This document shows positions 38,572 to 51,203 of a stretch of DNA of 64,000 nt, one piece after another. How positions within the stretch are numbered: position 1 is the first letter of the stretch; each line of letters begins with the position of its first letter. The notes beneath the pieces are model-generated. The model had not been told where the DNA came from. It did no database searches and saw nothing but the letters and a program-made list of their open reading frames with translations. Source of the DNA: Diadema antillarum (Eukaryota). The DNA lies in assembly GCF_040938485.1 (NCBI RefSeq), contig NW_027270997.1, positions 248,001 through 312,000 on the forward strand, read 5' to 3'. The translations under genes and the position numbers were made by a program.

Positions 38572-40795
38572 CCATCTTTTTCCACATCTGCATGTTTTCA
38601 ATTAATGTTTACTTACTTCGGGTATCTCATACCATTCCAGTAGAGTGTCCACGCGGTTCTGACTCCGCCATGTTAAATCCTGGATAAAGAGAGATAACGT
38701 GGCATTAAAATATCAACAGACATTTATGAAAAGAATACCCTCCAAAAAGACATGAGCGAGACGAACAGCCTTACATGAATAAACCGGGTTGTGGTTTTCC
38801 TTTTTTTTCTATTTGTTGTTTATGACTTTGCTCACTTCAGTTGCTCAATAATCAGCTATCTATTAGATGCAGCATTCTCGTCTTTACATATAAAAGAGAA
38901 ACACAAGCAGCTCGTATGAAGTATATCCCAGTTTAGCTTTAGCATATACAGTGGCATAAGTTTGCTTAAACTGTTAAATATGTTAGTCTAAAGGGCAAAG
39001 TTGTTATCTGCTAAACTGACTTCATGAAAGGGCATTATATTCAAAGTTGATATACTATAAATAGTTGACATTTTTGAGGTTTACTAATCAGCTCAGAGCA
39101 ATGCAGGAGCTGGGGGGTGCGGGGGACTAACATAATTGCCTTCAATTTTTATACATATCTGCTTGTGACTTATACATAATCTGTCTCATGAAAATAAAAG
39201 AAATTCTGTGAATTACATTCTTTAGTGCTTACGTGTGTGTTTGATTGTATCCCAGGATTTCGAGACAAATATGATGTCATTGTGTCAGGAGTTGTATCAT
39301 AATTCCACTCTGTCTGGCTGAACAATGCCTCTCTGTGCCGAACTATGTGTATATGGTCTATTAGTTCAATGGCAATTTCATTAGGTCATATTGATTTTAC
39401 GAAATTGCTAAGTAGTGTTAAAAATAATTTCTCTCTGCTGAACTGTGGTTAGTCAATTCAATGGAAATGTTATTGCAAAGCCGACTTCAGTGACTAAATG
39501 TTACAAAATGTTATGATTTCTCCCAGTTATACTTCCTTCAGCCCTGTGCTTTGTCATCTTAGTTTGAAAGGACACGTATTCATAAGAGCATGAACAATAT
39601 CTTCATAGGACAACAACAAAACGAGAGTGAAAGGAAAAGGTGGAAAGGAATTTGAGCGAGATCGAGAGAAGAAAACACCTGACAATACAAAAAGAAGGAA
39701 GAAGCAAAGTATTAAACTTTGACCCAAATATTTCGGAAGAGTAAAATATCGTTGGTATACTCGCCTGTCTGAACATCGCCTCAGCCTTTTTCACTGAAAA
39801 CCTCCGCGCTGAAAGCATAAAACAACAAAGCTCCATATTCTCAGGTGAAATTCTAAATCCATGTTCAAGTTGATTTGAAACAAATTATAGTGCTATACCA
39901 ACCAAACAGAGAACTAAAAATATTACTAGAATAGGACTGTAAAGGGGATAAGGTTATAGAATTCTAAGCTTCCGATTCTCTCGTCAAGCCACGTTATCCG
40001 AAGGAACCATGCATTATGCAAATAATGTGAAGTAATGATACTATTCTCTCCCAAGTCTGCCATCGACTTGCCAATAAAAAAGAATCTTCACATTATGAAT
40101 TGAGAAACATAATTTGATAATAATAATAATAATTGGTTTGTTGTACGTAACCTGGAAACATTGATTTTCGGGGGGATTCGGGTTTGTCCTTTCTCCTAAA
40201 ATTATCTTAAAAAACCCAACAACAACAACATGATTTTTAGAATATTTCTGTGAACGAAAAGATTGGGAAGTTGAGTGGAAATGGCATAATGGCCTCGTGT
40301 TCAAAGAGCGCATGTGGTTGCGACGATATAAGTGCTTCATTGCAAAAAACAAAACAAAACAACAACAACACTTGAAATTCAATAACCATATTTGACCATA
40401 TTTTCCTTCGATGAATCTTCTTTAATGCTATCAAGCATCTATATATATCGTGAACCACACTAGACACTCACATACACACAATAAATAAATGTCTCTCTTC
40501 TCTTTCTAGTAGAGAAAACATAAGAAGAATCTGAACATAAGGGAGAGGGGAGGAGACACGGTGAGATGAAAACTGATTTTAAAAAATGACATTCAGCTCA
40601 AAGTCTAATCTCAGAGTTTATAATTTTGATGGCTGAATTGACTCTGTTTAGTAATGCTAAATTACGAATAACAAAATCTTGCCCTGTGATGGCTGATTGG
40701 GTGAATAGATGTCTACACACTTAATCCAACTTAACAGTATCAAAGACGATGTATTCCTCCACTATATTGTTCAACTAGTTTTTGTTTTTATATGT

Positions 40796-40840
<45 letters not shown>

Positions 40841-43800
40841 GTATGTATATATATTGTAACGTTTGAAAAGAAGAGGAGATAAGAACCCGAAATAGACGTT
40901 CTTGTTGGGAGAACCCGTCAAAATATAGTGTTGACAACGACTTTATGTATGAGGAAGTTCCACATTCAAACGAATGTTTTTATGAAGATAAATATTTTAT
41001 GTAAACATTACTTTCGATACCATTATTGACTCATGATCTATCCGTACTTACCTATACTATTCTTAAGAAAGAACACGAAAAAGAAAAAAAAGAATAAAGA
41101 GAGAAAGAAAGAGAAACAAAAAAAGGGAAGAAAGGGAACGAAAGAGAGAAACGGCAGAAAGGACACTGAAGGATATAATATAAAAGAAGAAATACGAAGG
41201 AAAAGAAAGAGCCGAGCATTTGAGTTGAAAGCACTTCTCTAGAAGGGTATGGGTGAAACAGAATAAGTGATAGAGATAACGGGTACGTTGGTCACTATTT
41301 CGTCTCTTGTAACGTGCGTAACGCAGGGGCGGCGCAGCCGTGGGGGCCGTGGGGGCTCGGGCCCCCACACTTTTTGTGCACCATACAAAGGAATACATAA
41401 CGTGTCATCACTTTGGGCCCCCACACATTTTTCAACCCGGAAGTGCGTAAGTGGCACTAAAATGGGAGGGGAGAGAATGAGCTGAGGACCTTTTTTTTTT
41501 TGTTGTTTGTTTGCTTGTTAGCTCATGAAACCCGGAAGTGGGCCCCCACACTTTTGAAAACAGTGCGCCGGCCCTGTAACGAGTATAGCCTTGTGGGTCT
41601 TAACAAAAAAAGAAATTACCATTATTGTTGTGGGCAATCCCCAAAGGGGCTACTTAAGACAAATTAATGGTTAAAGGCATAATTTACCATTTGCAGATGA
41701 AACAAAAACCCAGCATCAGTGCTTTAAAATAGTTCTAAAATGTGAGATAGGGATAGAAATAACCACTGTAAGAATTTGAATCAGTAAAGTTGACGTTAAG
41801 TATTCTTTAATATACAAAATGTGAACAATAGTTATAATAAAAATGCTTACTGATTAAACCGTCTACAGTTACGGTTTATTAAGAAAAATACTCATATCTC
41901 CTTATATTTTAGGCTTTATTGAGAAAATTTTATATGGCAGGGTGTTTTGTGGTACAACAGACCTACTCATATGCATCAAATGTGATATCTTGAACATTTA
42001 TTAGATCACTGCTCCCAAAGGTAAACTGGACCTTTAAAGCTAGATCTATTTTCACCATTATTGTGTAGGGACATTATGAATATAGGGGGAAAATGGAAAC
42101 AAACAAAAAGAAATCGTCACATTTTACGTGGAAATACAACAGAGTCGATTTTTTTTGTGCTGTTTCCTGCCGTTTGAACAGGACCCTGGTCTTACCTCTC
42201 AAAAATCGTAATAGAAGATGGTCGGTGTGCCGAGGTTCCAGAACATCGCTCAAGTTTGTTGTCAACTGGAAATGATGAATAAGAATCCCACACAGATCAA
42301 ACAAGCATGATAATGACTAAAATCCAATCAGAAGACATGACATGACAAATTGATTTATGAATAATTTTATTTTGGCATGTCATAAAATTATAGATTTCTG
42401 GACAAACCCTCAGACTTCACTTGCTACTGTAAGTATTGCTAACTTCGTCTGATTTTACCGATATGGTTTATAAGATTTAAATGATAATATGAAGCGATTT
42501 CCTGAAGAATGAATATGGCAATGGTTTTTGAAAAGTTGCTTGAAATAATGGTTACTTTTATGTTGACCTTGCAAAATGGTCACAGGTATGTATGTAATCC
42601 TTGATCTGTCAGATACATGTATATCCAAGTTCATGTCCAACTACAAGGTAATTTCATAGATTAAAGAGCAACGGTCACAATATATCCTATATATGTAAAC
42701 ATTGTTCGTGTTTTCTTTTCAAGACCGTGCGTACATTGTTTCAATTACCCACGAAAAGCAAAACAAAAGAAAACTCAAATCGGATGTAAATCAGCAGTAT
42801 TGTTTGTTAGGTCATCATAATAGATACATCTGCCAGAAAGCAAAAGAGTTATTAACACTGTTTATTGAAATGTTTAGTTTTCCATTTTTATCCTTAGTAC
42901 GTCTGCAAAGCGAAAGAAAGGTGTTGAAAGGTATCGAAAGAAAAAGTATTAACTGCACTTGTGCAACTGAATAGATGACGAACTAACATTCATTGAGAAC
43001 AAATACATGAAAGAACAATAACAGCACTCTGATCACAAGACAAGCTTTCGAGAATTAGGTGACATCGCGCCGACTTTCATTTGCATACGAATAGTGTCTC
43101 AGTCTTCGTCTATTTTAAACAACAAGCTATACTGACCAGGACACAGGCTTTCTTGATATGGATATAAGATGTTACTAAAGTCAATGTTCAACCCTTCATA
43201 ATATATGAGTAGAAACAATAGTTACCACTCTTTTTGCTGTCTGACAATGAACATGTACTTTAGAATAATTCTATCGCAGCACCAAATTATTCTTTAATCA
43301 ATCAGTAATATTAGGATTATTATTGAAAACCAATTAAAACCACTGTCAGTGATGATAACAAAAAGCAAAGCAAGAACATCTTCCAACACTCACTAAAAAA
43401 AAAAGCGAGCGTCAGACTGCCTATGATAAAAAATGAATTAAAAAAAAAATCTGCTTCTCAGAGATAAAAGGAAAACTAGATAACTGTACATCGAAACCAC
43501 ATGTGAAAGAGCGATCAGAGCAAACAAAAGAATGTAAGATCTGAGGACTGCAAAGTTCGTCTTTTTAAACCAAGCTCAATATTTATGTCTCTCTGCATCA
43601 CATGGAAACACGATACATTTGAAATAACTATCATAAAAATGGACTATTATCAGATGCAGCTTGGCATCTCTCTAGTGCTTGCGTCTTTCTTTAAGAAGTC
43701 TACGTCATTATCCATTAATAATGCTATACGTTATTATTATACGAGTGATTAATTAATTGTTGTTACCAGTGGTTATTGAATACCATTTTATGAAATTAAT

Positions 43801-43872
43801 AAAAAAAAATGTAAATACCGATCGCAGGGCATCTGCTTGCTTGGCGTTCAAGTCATGGAGTCGTCCGCTCAT
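26762..43872 (-). CDS. SEC14L2: SEC14-like protein 2/3/4 family lipid-binding protein (CRAL-TRIO-N + CRAL-TRIO + GOLD), copy A, complete, 448 aa
   Basis: Exons in + coordinates, 5'->3' on the minus strand: 43819-43872 (MSGRLHDLNAKQADALRS), 42196-42265, 39765-39808 (GC donor), 38617-38679, 36192-36285, 35252-35346, 34105-34200, 33322-33466, 31143-31252, 29587-29732, 27582-27733, 26762-27039 (TGA); 1347 nt, phases consistent. Motifs match vertebrate SEC14L2 as I recall it: MSGR start, DHLLLRFLRAR, KPFLSEGTREKI, LPVHWGGT, INLGGKVP, RYNSHIVAEDG, YIVKFDN. The symbol means SEC14L2-like; orthology to L2 versus L3/L4 is not resolved. Confidence 0.93.
31585..31710. repeat. (AATAC/AATAT/AATGC)n pentanucleotide tract
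   Basis: Read directly. Confidence 0.85.
31978..32405. mobile_element. Foldback-like element enclosing an 11-bp minisatellite
   Basis: Imperfect TIRs GCCTGCCTTGGGAGAACACAG / CTGTGTTCTTTTCAGCAGGGC and an inner inverted pair GAACACAGTGTCTCAC / GTGAGACACTATGTTC around a GAACACACTG(G/T) array. Confidence 0.55.
32097..32331. repeat. Minisatellite GAACACACTG(G/T), ~21 units, with a 66-bp higher-order period
   Basis: 11-bp unit read directly; the variant GAGCACACTGG recurs at 32177, 32243 and 32309, exactly 66 bp apart. Confidence 0.95.
32865..33284. mobile_element. MITE-like element with GGGT(T)CAT termini and subterminal CACGAG repeats
   Basis: Left GGGTTCATCTCACGAG; reverse complement of the right end GGGTCATTCCACGAG; three C/TACGAG motifs in the left arm and five CTCGTG/A in the right arm. 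Confidence 0.6.
37253..37413. mobile_element. Palindromic MITE (~55-bp arms)
   Basis: GTTTCATAAAGCTGTTCGTAAA...ACGAGCGACTGGTGATCAGTTCT versus AGAACTGATTACCAGTCGCTCGT...TTTACGAACAGCTTTATCAAAC; absent from the alignable position of copy B intron 4 (~59440-59465). Confidence 0.8.
37668..38030. repeat. (CT)n followed by (TA)n-rich low-complexity DNA
   Basis: Read directly. Confidence 0.85.
38060..38302 (+). mobile_element. LINE (L2/CR1-like) 3' end
   Basis: ACAAGC...CTGGGTCCCTCC-T-run motif followed by ATAAAT and (TTGAAC)-like tail repeats; same motif as 11192-11237 and 63566-63610. Confidence 0.45.
41324..41576. mobile_element. hAT-like MITE with CAG...CTG termini
   Basis: TIRs CAGGGGCGGCGCA / TGCGCCGGCCCTG (12/13); internal repeated GGGCCCCCACAC and CCCGGAAGTG; flanked by the direct repeat TAACG. 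Confidence 0.75.
41675..42033. mobile_element. Kolobok/T2-type MITE (family copy 2 of 3)
   Basis: TTAA|AGGCATAATTTACC ... GGTAAACTGGACCT|TTAA, with a perfect TTAA target duplication; 359 bp. Confidence 0.9.
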
Positions 43873-44180
43873 TTTCGCCTCGAGAGAGTGAACGCAATAT
43901 TTCCAAAATTCACCGAATATTCCTCAATTTGTACCAAACAAGCCGAGTGTACTATGAAGGAGAATGCGAGTTACACGTCTGTGCGCTCTCTCCGTGTGAT
44001 CCTCGTATGTAGCACATGGTGCTGGTGTATTTGCCGTGTTGTTCGCTTCCAGTCAACAGAAAAAGCGGAACTCGCTGGAGAAAAATTCCCAGTGTGTACA
44101 CATTGATCCCTAGTCACAGACGGCAAAGGGACAGACAAGGGGGCGGGGATGCGGGAATGGGAAGGGGCGAATAAGGGACT
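43873..44180 (-). promoter_or_regulatory. Putative 5' UTR/core promoter of SEC14L2-like copy A
   Basis: Locally GC/CpG-enriched stretch directly upstream of the ATG (context GCGAAA-ATG-A), with a GC box GGGGCGGGG at 44140-44148. The TSS is not determined. Confidence 0.45.
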
Positions 44181-45739
44181 AAAATTCCAGTACCTTTTAA
44201 TGTGCTGCAAAAACGAACATTCTCAGACCTTTTTAACTTTGCTCGCAAACATTCTATTTTGTTTATAGTTTTTGGCGGCAAAACTTTCAAAAATATATAC
44301 AATGCTGGTCATCTTGCATGCAAATTGAGTGTATGCAGAATGATCATACATTTTTTTTTTTGTTTTGCGCAGACACTGGTGCAATTATGACTAGTTTACT
44401 TTTATTAAGATTGACATTAAAGTTCTTCTTCCGCATATAATTTTATTTATATGAACATCAACTTCAGAAAAATGGAAAACAAAAACCAGGACCTACTGCA
44501 ATATTCAATGAATAAAAATGATTAGTATGTGTGAGAGATGCAATAGGGCGAGATGTTTGGCTTGAGAATGATAACAAAAGATAAAGACGATATCAAACTT
44601 GATGATTATATCATTCAATGATAACTGTCCTCATCCTGTAATCCAAGAATATCTATGGAAGTGTTCAGCCTAGATATATATTGACAATGCTTAATTCATT
44701 AAAAAAATAATTTTGATATTTTGTTGTTGTTGTTGTTCTGTCACTGCTTGAAAGAAAGATTCCAATACTTTTTTGCATTGTTTGGTAGCTTTCTTGGTGG
44801 CTGAGTTAACAGAAAATGCACACACGACCTCCAACCTTCCTTAATTTACAATCGCCGACACTATATCAGCTCGAATTGAACTTTGACTAAAACTAATCCA
44901 ATTTATTTGCTTTAGCTTTGAGATTGATCATTAATGACAGTGCTCAAGTTGTAAATCAGGTCATGTAGGTAGACGAATGTATGCTTTGTAAGAATAGTGA
45001 TAGATTACCATAGATAAACACTTGCCAATGCGTTGCATGCTACCTTAAAGTTTTTCTTTGGTTCCTAATGTAAGACATTTTGTGTCATTCATTGTATATT
45101 CTTTCAGTCCCTTTGAACTTGACCCACTGTCGATTAAATTTTTTTATAGTTATACGTATCAATATGTAATGAGAGAGAGAGAGAGAGGGGGGGGGGAATA
45201 GACTTCCCCTTTTCAGTGGTAGATGACATTAAATCAAATGTGTTTTCATATTTCTCATAAAGTGTTACAGTGTAAACGATGTAAGTGCGCATTGTCAATA
45301 GCAATAGTTGACAAAATAGTCATAACAGTAGATGGTCAATTTCAACATTATGTACAAGGTTGTAAAAATGTCAAACAAAGCATCTTTATCTATTAACCGA
45401 GTAAGCCGAGTAATTGGATTTGTAAACGAAGGAGAGAGAATGTAAATTTTCAGGCCCGACTGAATAAAAATAATTGTCTTTCTTTATTCTTTTTAAGGCA
45501 TTTTGCCCGATTTGTCTTATTAGTTTATTGTTTAAATTAAAAGCTCTTTTTAGCAGATCCCTAAATTTCAAATCATTTCTGATTTTGGGTACTCAAACAA
45601 CTTTGAGTATTTAACTGTTAATTTTTATTTGCATTAGAAATGAAATGAAATGAATAGAATAGTACCAAATACAAAAGTAAAAAGAAAGAGAAAAAAACCC
45701 AAATATTTGTATATACATATATATACATATATATAATTT

Positions 45740-45790
<51 letters not shown>

Positions 45791-48029
45791 TATATACGTA
45801 GAGTCTTCCCTGCGAAATTGAGAATTTAAAAGCAGTAGACTAGTTAGATAAATTAACTATCTGGAATGGAAAGGGTAGTATCCATTATCATAGGGGATAA
45901 CTTGCTTCTTGAAATACAAAGACACCATCCATTTAGACACACATGTTGATGTTGTTTAATCAGAGCATGCATGTAATCACAGTTTTCACCTGAACAAAAT
46001 TAGATGCATCAGCTCCCAATATCAATACGGGATCTATACAAAACAACCTTTTCTTACCGTAGACTCAATTACGTAGCAAAGACTATAATAATTGTAAGTT
46101 TACGCTTGTTATTCAGTGAGACTTGTCTTGCCATTGTCAGTGATTGTGACTTTGTATATGAATCAGAGTATATTAGGTGCATCTTACTTCGATGCTTATT
46201 TCGCTGAACTTATTCAGTTGATGGCATAAAGAAAGGCAAGGCTTTTACTTGTTTCATTTTTTTTTTCTAGGGGCGGGCATTAGTGGATGCGGGGGGGGGG
46301 GATAATGTAAACAATGCACACCATTAACTTGTAGAGTACACAAATCAACATTAGCAGAAGTCAGCAAGGAATTTGATATCAAAGAAATTTTAAAGGAGTC
46401 AAACACACCTAAGAAGGGGTTCCCTCCCTATTACCTTGTTCACACTGTAAAGAAAAGAGGAAAATAAACAATTTTATTGCAGTAAAAAAAGTACTATTTC
46501 TATTTTCAGAAATTGCAAATGGCTCAAAGCTTACCAAAGAAAACAAATTCCTTTTCTCTCTCAAAGTGAAAAAAAAAACCACGATATCAATATTTTTACG
46601 TCCCTTTGTAAAGTGCAAAATTCGTAACTATACCGTAATACATAACAGGTGTTAGTGCATCAGGAGGATCCAGTGCATGCACATTAAAATGAATTCACGT
46701 TGGTATGCCTCGAGTATTTCTTTGTATATGAAATTCCTTTGCATTTATCGTTACCAGTGAACCTCGATATCTTCACGTACAATGCCATAATATGATATAA
46801 TTACTACTTATATCATTATCCTTGTTATCATTAGAAGTGTAATCATGTTTTTAGAAAAGTGTGGTAAAGATGACACACTCTGAACATGGACAAATTTTAT
46901 TCCCTATTATAAAGCATCTGAGACTGAGACTTTGAAAGAACACACACTCTCAGACCTAGACACTCAAAGTGAGCACAACAACGACATCCAGTCTACGTAT
47001 ATGCCTGTCTTGCAATGAACAGCTCTCTTATAGATACCAGAAGCCTAGGCATGAAACCACAATTGAATAACGTTTGAAATGTCTTATCAATATCTCCACA
47101 CACACAGTAAAACCCTCATTTCATATGTAATGATGGCCCTCGTTGGTAAACCCCAACACAGGAAACTCAGTCCTGGTGCCTGAAAATGAGATCGCAATCA
47201 AAAAATATTTCATTTTATGTTATTTCATTCCATTTCATTTCATTACCAACAAAATAAAACATTTATGGACACACAATAACACAGAATCGGTACAATGTTG
47301 TAACAAAGAAAGAAAAATACTGGGAACTGATAATCATTACGCCTATATTGTGAACTGATAATCATTATACGGTGGCCTTTTTTATTATACCGAATTAGAA
47401 TTTGAATTGTTGGAAAGTGAGAAGCAAAGCGTGTAATTTGCATCTCCTCGTGGACAACGTAACAAATAAAACTAAGCTAGATTGCCTAAAGAAGAAAAAA
47501 AAAGAACCCGCTATGATCTTATCATCGAACACTATATGATTACTATTATCCTCCAATTTTATTGCTGTCAGCGGTATGTGAAAGGTATGTGATCATATTC
47601 AATATCCCAAACAATTGTAAATTATTTCTTAAGACAGCAATATCATGCTATAACACAAATTATCATAAGTATGGCAATATACAAGGGAATGCACTTCATT
47701 ATAAAAACAACTGTATGATAACAGTACAACCAGGAATATCATAATATATCATAATATGCTCTATATGACAATTACAGTAGACCATGACAGTGAAAACAAT
47801 GAAGCAACCTCACAGGGAGGTTAACTCCATACAATAAAAAAGAAATAAAAATCAAAGATTGAAAATTGAAGGATAATTCAGCACCAGTTAAAAATTAGCA
47901 TTAAACGAAAAAAATAATCGTTAACAAGCACAACAATTAAAAAAACTGGGAACGGGAACGATAAAAACAGGGAAGGAATGGAATTCAGGCATATTTCAGT
48001 TTTTTTTTTCTATATGGGAATTAAAATAT

Positions 48030-48525
48030 TGTGTGTGGAAAAACTATGCAAATTATAAGGCGATACATCATCATCCATTTATACTCACTTGCATATTTAT
48101 GACTGTTTATAGAACTGTTTTGTGAAAATTAGCGAAACTTCAATTTTCTCAGCTTTCATGACTTTTATCCGGCAGTGATCAAATCTTTCCTGTTATGCTT
48201 TATGTTTAATCCAATTTTACTTTCTGTTTCAGACCAGCTATAAAAATAATATTGAAAAAATAGAATTTCTCTTTTAAGAATATTTTGGACTGAGAGATGA
48301 ATGGAAACGAGTCAATATAACGATACTTAACAAATATGCCATGCACTGGGAATCTCTACGTAAAATTGCAGATTCCGAGTTGGCAGGGATAGCGCTGCTT
48401 TTAAGGATCATCAAACACGGTCTTTTTTCTTTGAAAATTATGCGCACCATGTTGATTATTTGTTTAAAAATTAAGAAATACAAATTCTTCCCAGATTTTC
48501 TTTTCTCAAATTCGCGATATAACCT
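48030..48525. mobile_element. Probable TTAA-type MITE remnant
   Basis: Right end ...GATATAACCT|TTAA; internal TTGCATATTTATGACT...TTTGTGAAAATTAGCGAAACTTCAA segment resembles echinoid TTAA MITEs (from memory); left end not found. Confidence 0.4.
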
Positions 48526-51024
48526 TTAACTTCCATTTACAGTTTTCCCCTTTCTTATTTGCCTTTACTATACGGAGAGTAATAAACGTCACAGAAAAGA
48601 AAGAAAGAAAAAAAAAACGTTGCATGACTTTGTTTCATGACTTGACTTTTTCATATATATCAGGACGGACAACTCGTTGACCATGGAAATGGAAGAGGAA
48701 TTACAGTACCAACAATAAATGATTAAGATATAATGATAAAGATATTGATATGATATTCTCTAAAGTAGTAAGTTCTTTGTTACTTTCAACCAAATTACTC
48801 ATAATCAACAGTTATCAATATGAACTATAATAGTGAGGGACGGAGACATAAATACAATATTTTTGATATCTTTTTTAAAATTTCAGTACAATTTGTGTAT
48901 TGAAGACCGCATCATTCCAATAGAGAAATGAAGGCCAATTATCCTTGTATCGAAAATATTTGTTTTCTGTAATTTAATTTTTTTTTCCAGCGTTCCGCAA
49001 TGCGCAGGACGCATAGAAAAAACAATATATGGCTATCATACCGTCAAACATACAAATGATATACATATGAATACAAATAATATACAGGTAATATATACCT
49101 TTAAAGGTGTAATATAACACGTGACAAAAAAGGCGGGAGATATATTATCTCAACCAGAAAGACATGACTCACGAGGGATTGCAAAATGTTGTGCTACAAT
49201 GATATGATATGATGTTATACTCTACGGTGATCTACATAAATACACGTCACGTAATTCTAGCGTGCCGTGTGCAACCATCAAATTCTTGCATTGTATTGCC
49301 TAACGTGACGTCATTGCTCACAATACATACAATACAATACGTAGTGGTAGTGGTAGTGGTAGTGGTAGTGGTAGAGTAGTTAAACGTCCTTTACGCCTTG
49401 TTTTGTAAACATATTTATTCATATCTGTTATTTTCACATGTACATGTACATTATCACTTATATTTTTGTATTCATATTATATTGTAAATATGTTTGTTCT
49501 CTCATACCCCGAGAGGGGGTCGATAGAGTCAATAAAATCTTACAAATCTAAATCTTACAACTATGACTAATCACCGATAAGTGTTTTTTTTTAACATTCA
49601 ATATGTAATACCAAGAATTATATCAAATGAGAGTAAGCAGCAAGGGGACAAGTACTTTGTAACTTACGACATTACACATAATTATCATGAGCAATTATTT
49701 ATAATTATAATTATATAGGACAGAAACAGAAATCCAAGCATCTGTGACGAATTTGCGTAAGACAGGTGAAGTCAGATAACACAGGCATGACGTTTAGTTC
49801 GTGTATCAAAGATATCGTGGACAGTGGTATGGGGTCGCAAGCTGGACTGCACATGAATCGTGCTAAAGGACGTTCTAGATGATGTTTTGCTCTTTTGTAA
49901 TGCGATAGAAGTCATTACCTTAAATTACGGGAAAGCAACTAAAAATTGCGAATGCCAGCTTGATAACAAATAGTTTGTAATGGTTGAATGACCTTCCCAA
50001 CAGCTTATTATATGTCTTAAGTACGCGTATACGTTACATGTCTTACGCATAACTTCAAGAAATATGAATTACTGCGATAAGTTAGGAGAAATCCATAAAA
50101 ACCTATACGGAGGCCAGCGTGACAACAGCTAGTGAGCTGTGATTGAATGAAATTTCGTACAAAATGTGTCCTTTTTGATGCCCAGTTTAGAATATGGACG
50201 TGCACTCCCTTTATATGAGGACTATTATTTATTTAGGCAACCTACTAACTTGTCCGAAAGATCGGTCTGTATCTCGCCGTCGGGGAAATGTTTCGCGGAG
50301 ACTGCGTCTGGCTCCAAGGATCCCCTCCTATGTCTACGGAGGTGAGCGATAACGTCAAAAAAATAAAAGACTCCTCCGGACAGAGGGATCTTTCTGTCTA
50401 CCTACTAAGCAGAGTTTTAGCAGAGCCATTCCCCTCGACGATTTCAGTGAAATACGTCGTAACGCTGGGGGTCAATATTGAATCTTAAATGTAATTTACA
50501 AGAGTTGAATCGATTTTTGTTATTTTATACGGAAAACAAAAATCACATGACAATGTGTGATGCCAATTTAGTGTGCTTACCGGAAGGCTAAATGAGATGC
50601 TAAATGATAATCTTGCTGTGTACATAATCATTCTTTGCAAATCAAACTTCAATGTCAAATGGAAGGCAGATGTCAACCAAAATTGCATTTCGATTGCATT
50701 TTAAGAAAATGCTATTAGCTACACTGAAGTGATATCTAAGAACCGAATTTTTTGTGTCTGCATATCATCACGATGAGCATTTGTACAGCTAATTTAAACA
50801 ATAAATTTGATATGATATAATTATTATCAACTTTGTAAGAATATAGCCGTATAGCCGCATATGACTCTGTCGCCATTTGGAGGGAGTATGCTTCGGCGAC
50901 AAACAGGATGGCGCTGTAGTATAGATGTGGTTTTCAAAACATCATGAACGTATTGCATCCCACCACATTGGAGCACTTCTGTTTGCCAGAGAGTGTAAAC
51001 AAGGACAGCACAACCTTGAAAGAT

Positions 51025-51070
<46 letters not shown>

Positions 51071-51203
51071 TTTGCTGCTTTCTTCGGTAGGCAACGCGAA
51101 TGTCACGCAATGTCTAAAGCTTTATCTTGTGTTTTTTTTTGTACGATTCCTGGGCTGAATATTGTTCAAAGGAGACCCCATTGTTTTCTCTCTCTTTTTT
51201 TTT

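Noticed and set aside
44200-51200. Additional gene between the two SEC14L copies
   Set aside because: The ORFs are short and AT-rich or repeat-derived; I found no chain of phase-compatible exons on either strand.
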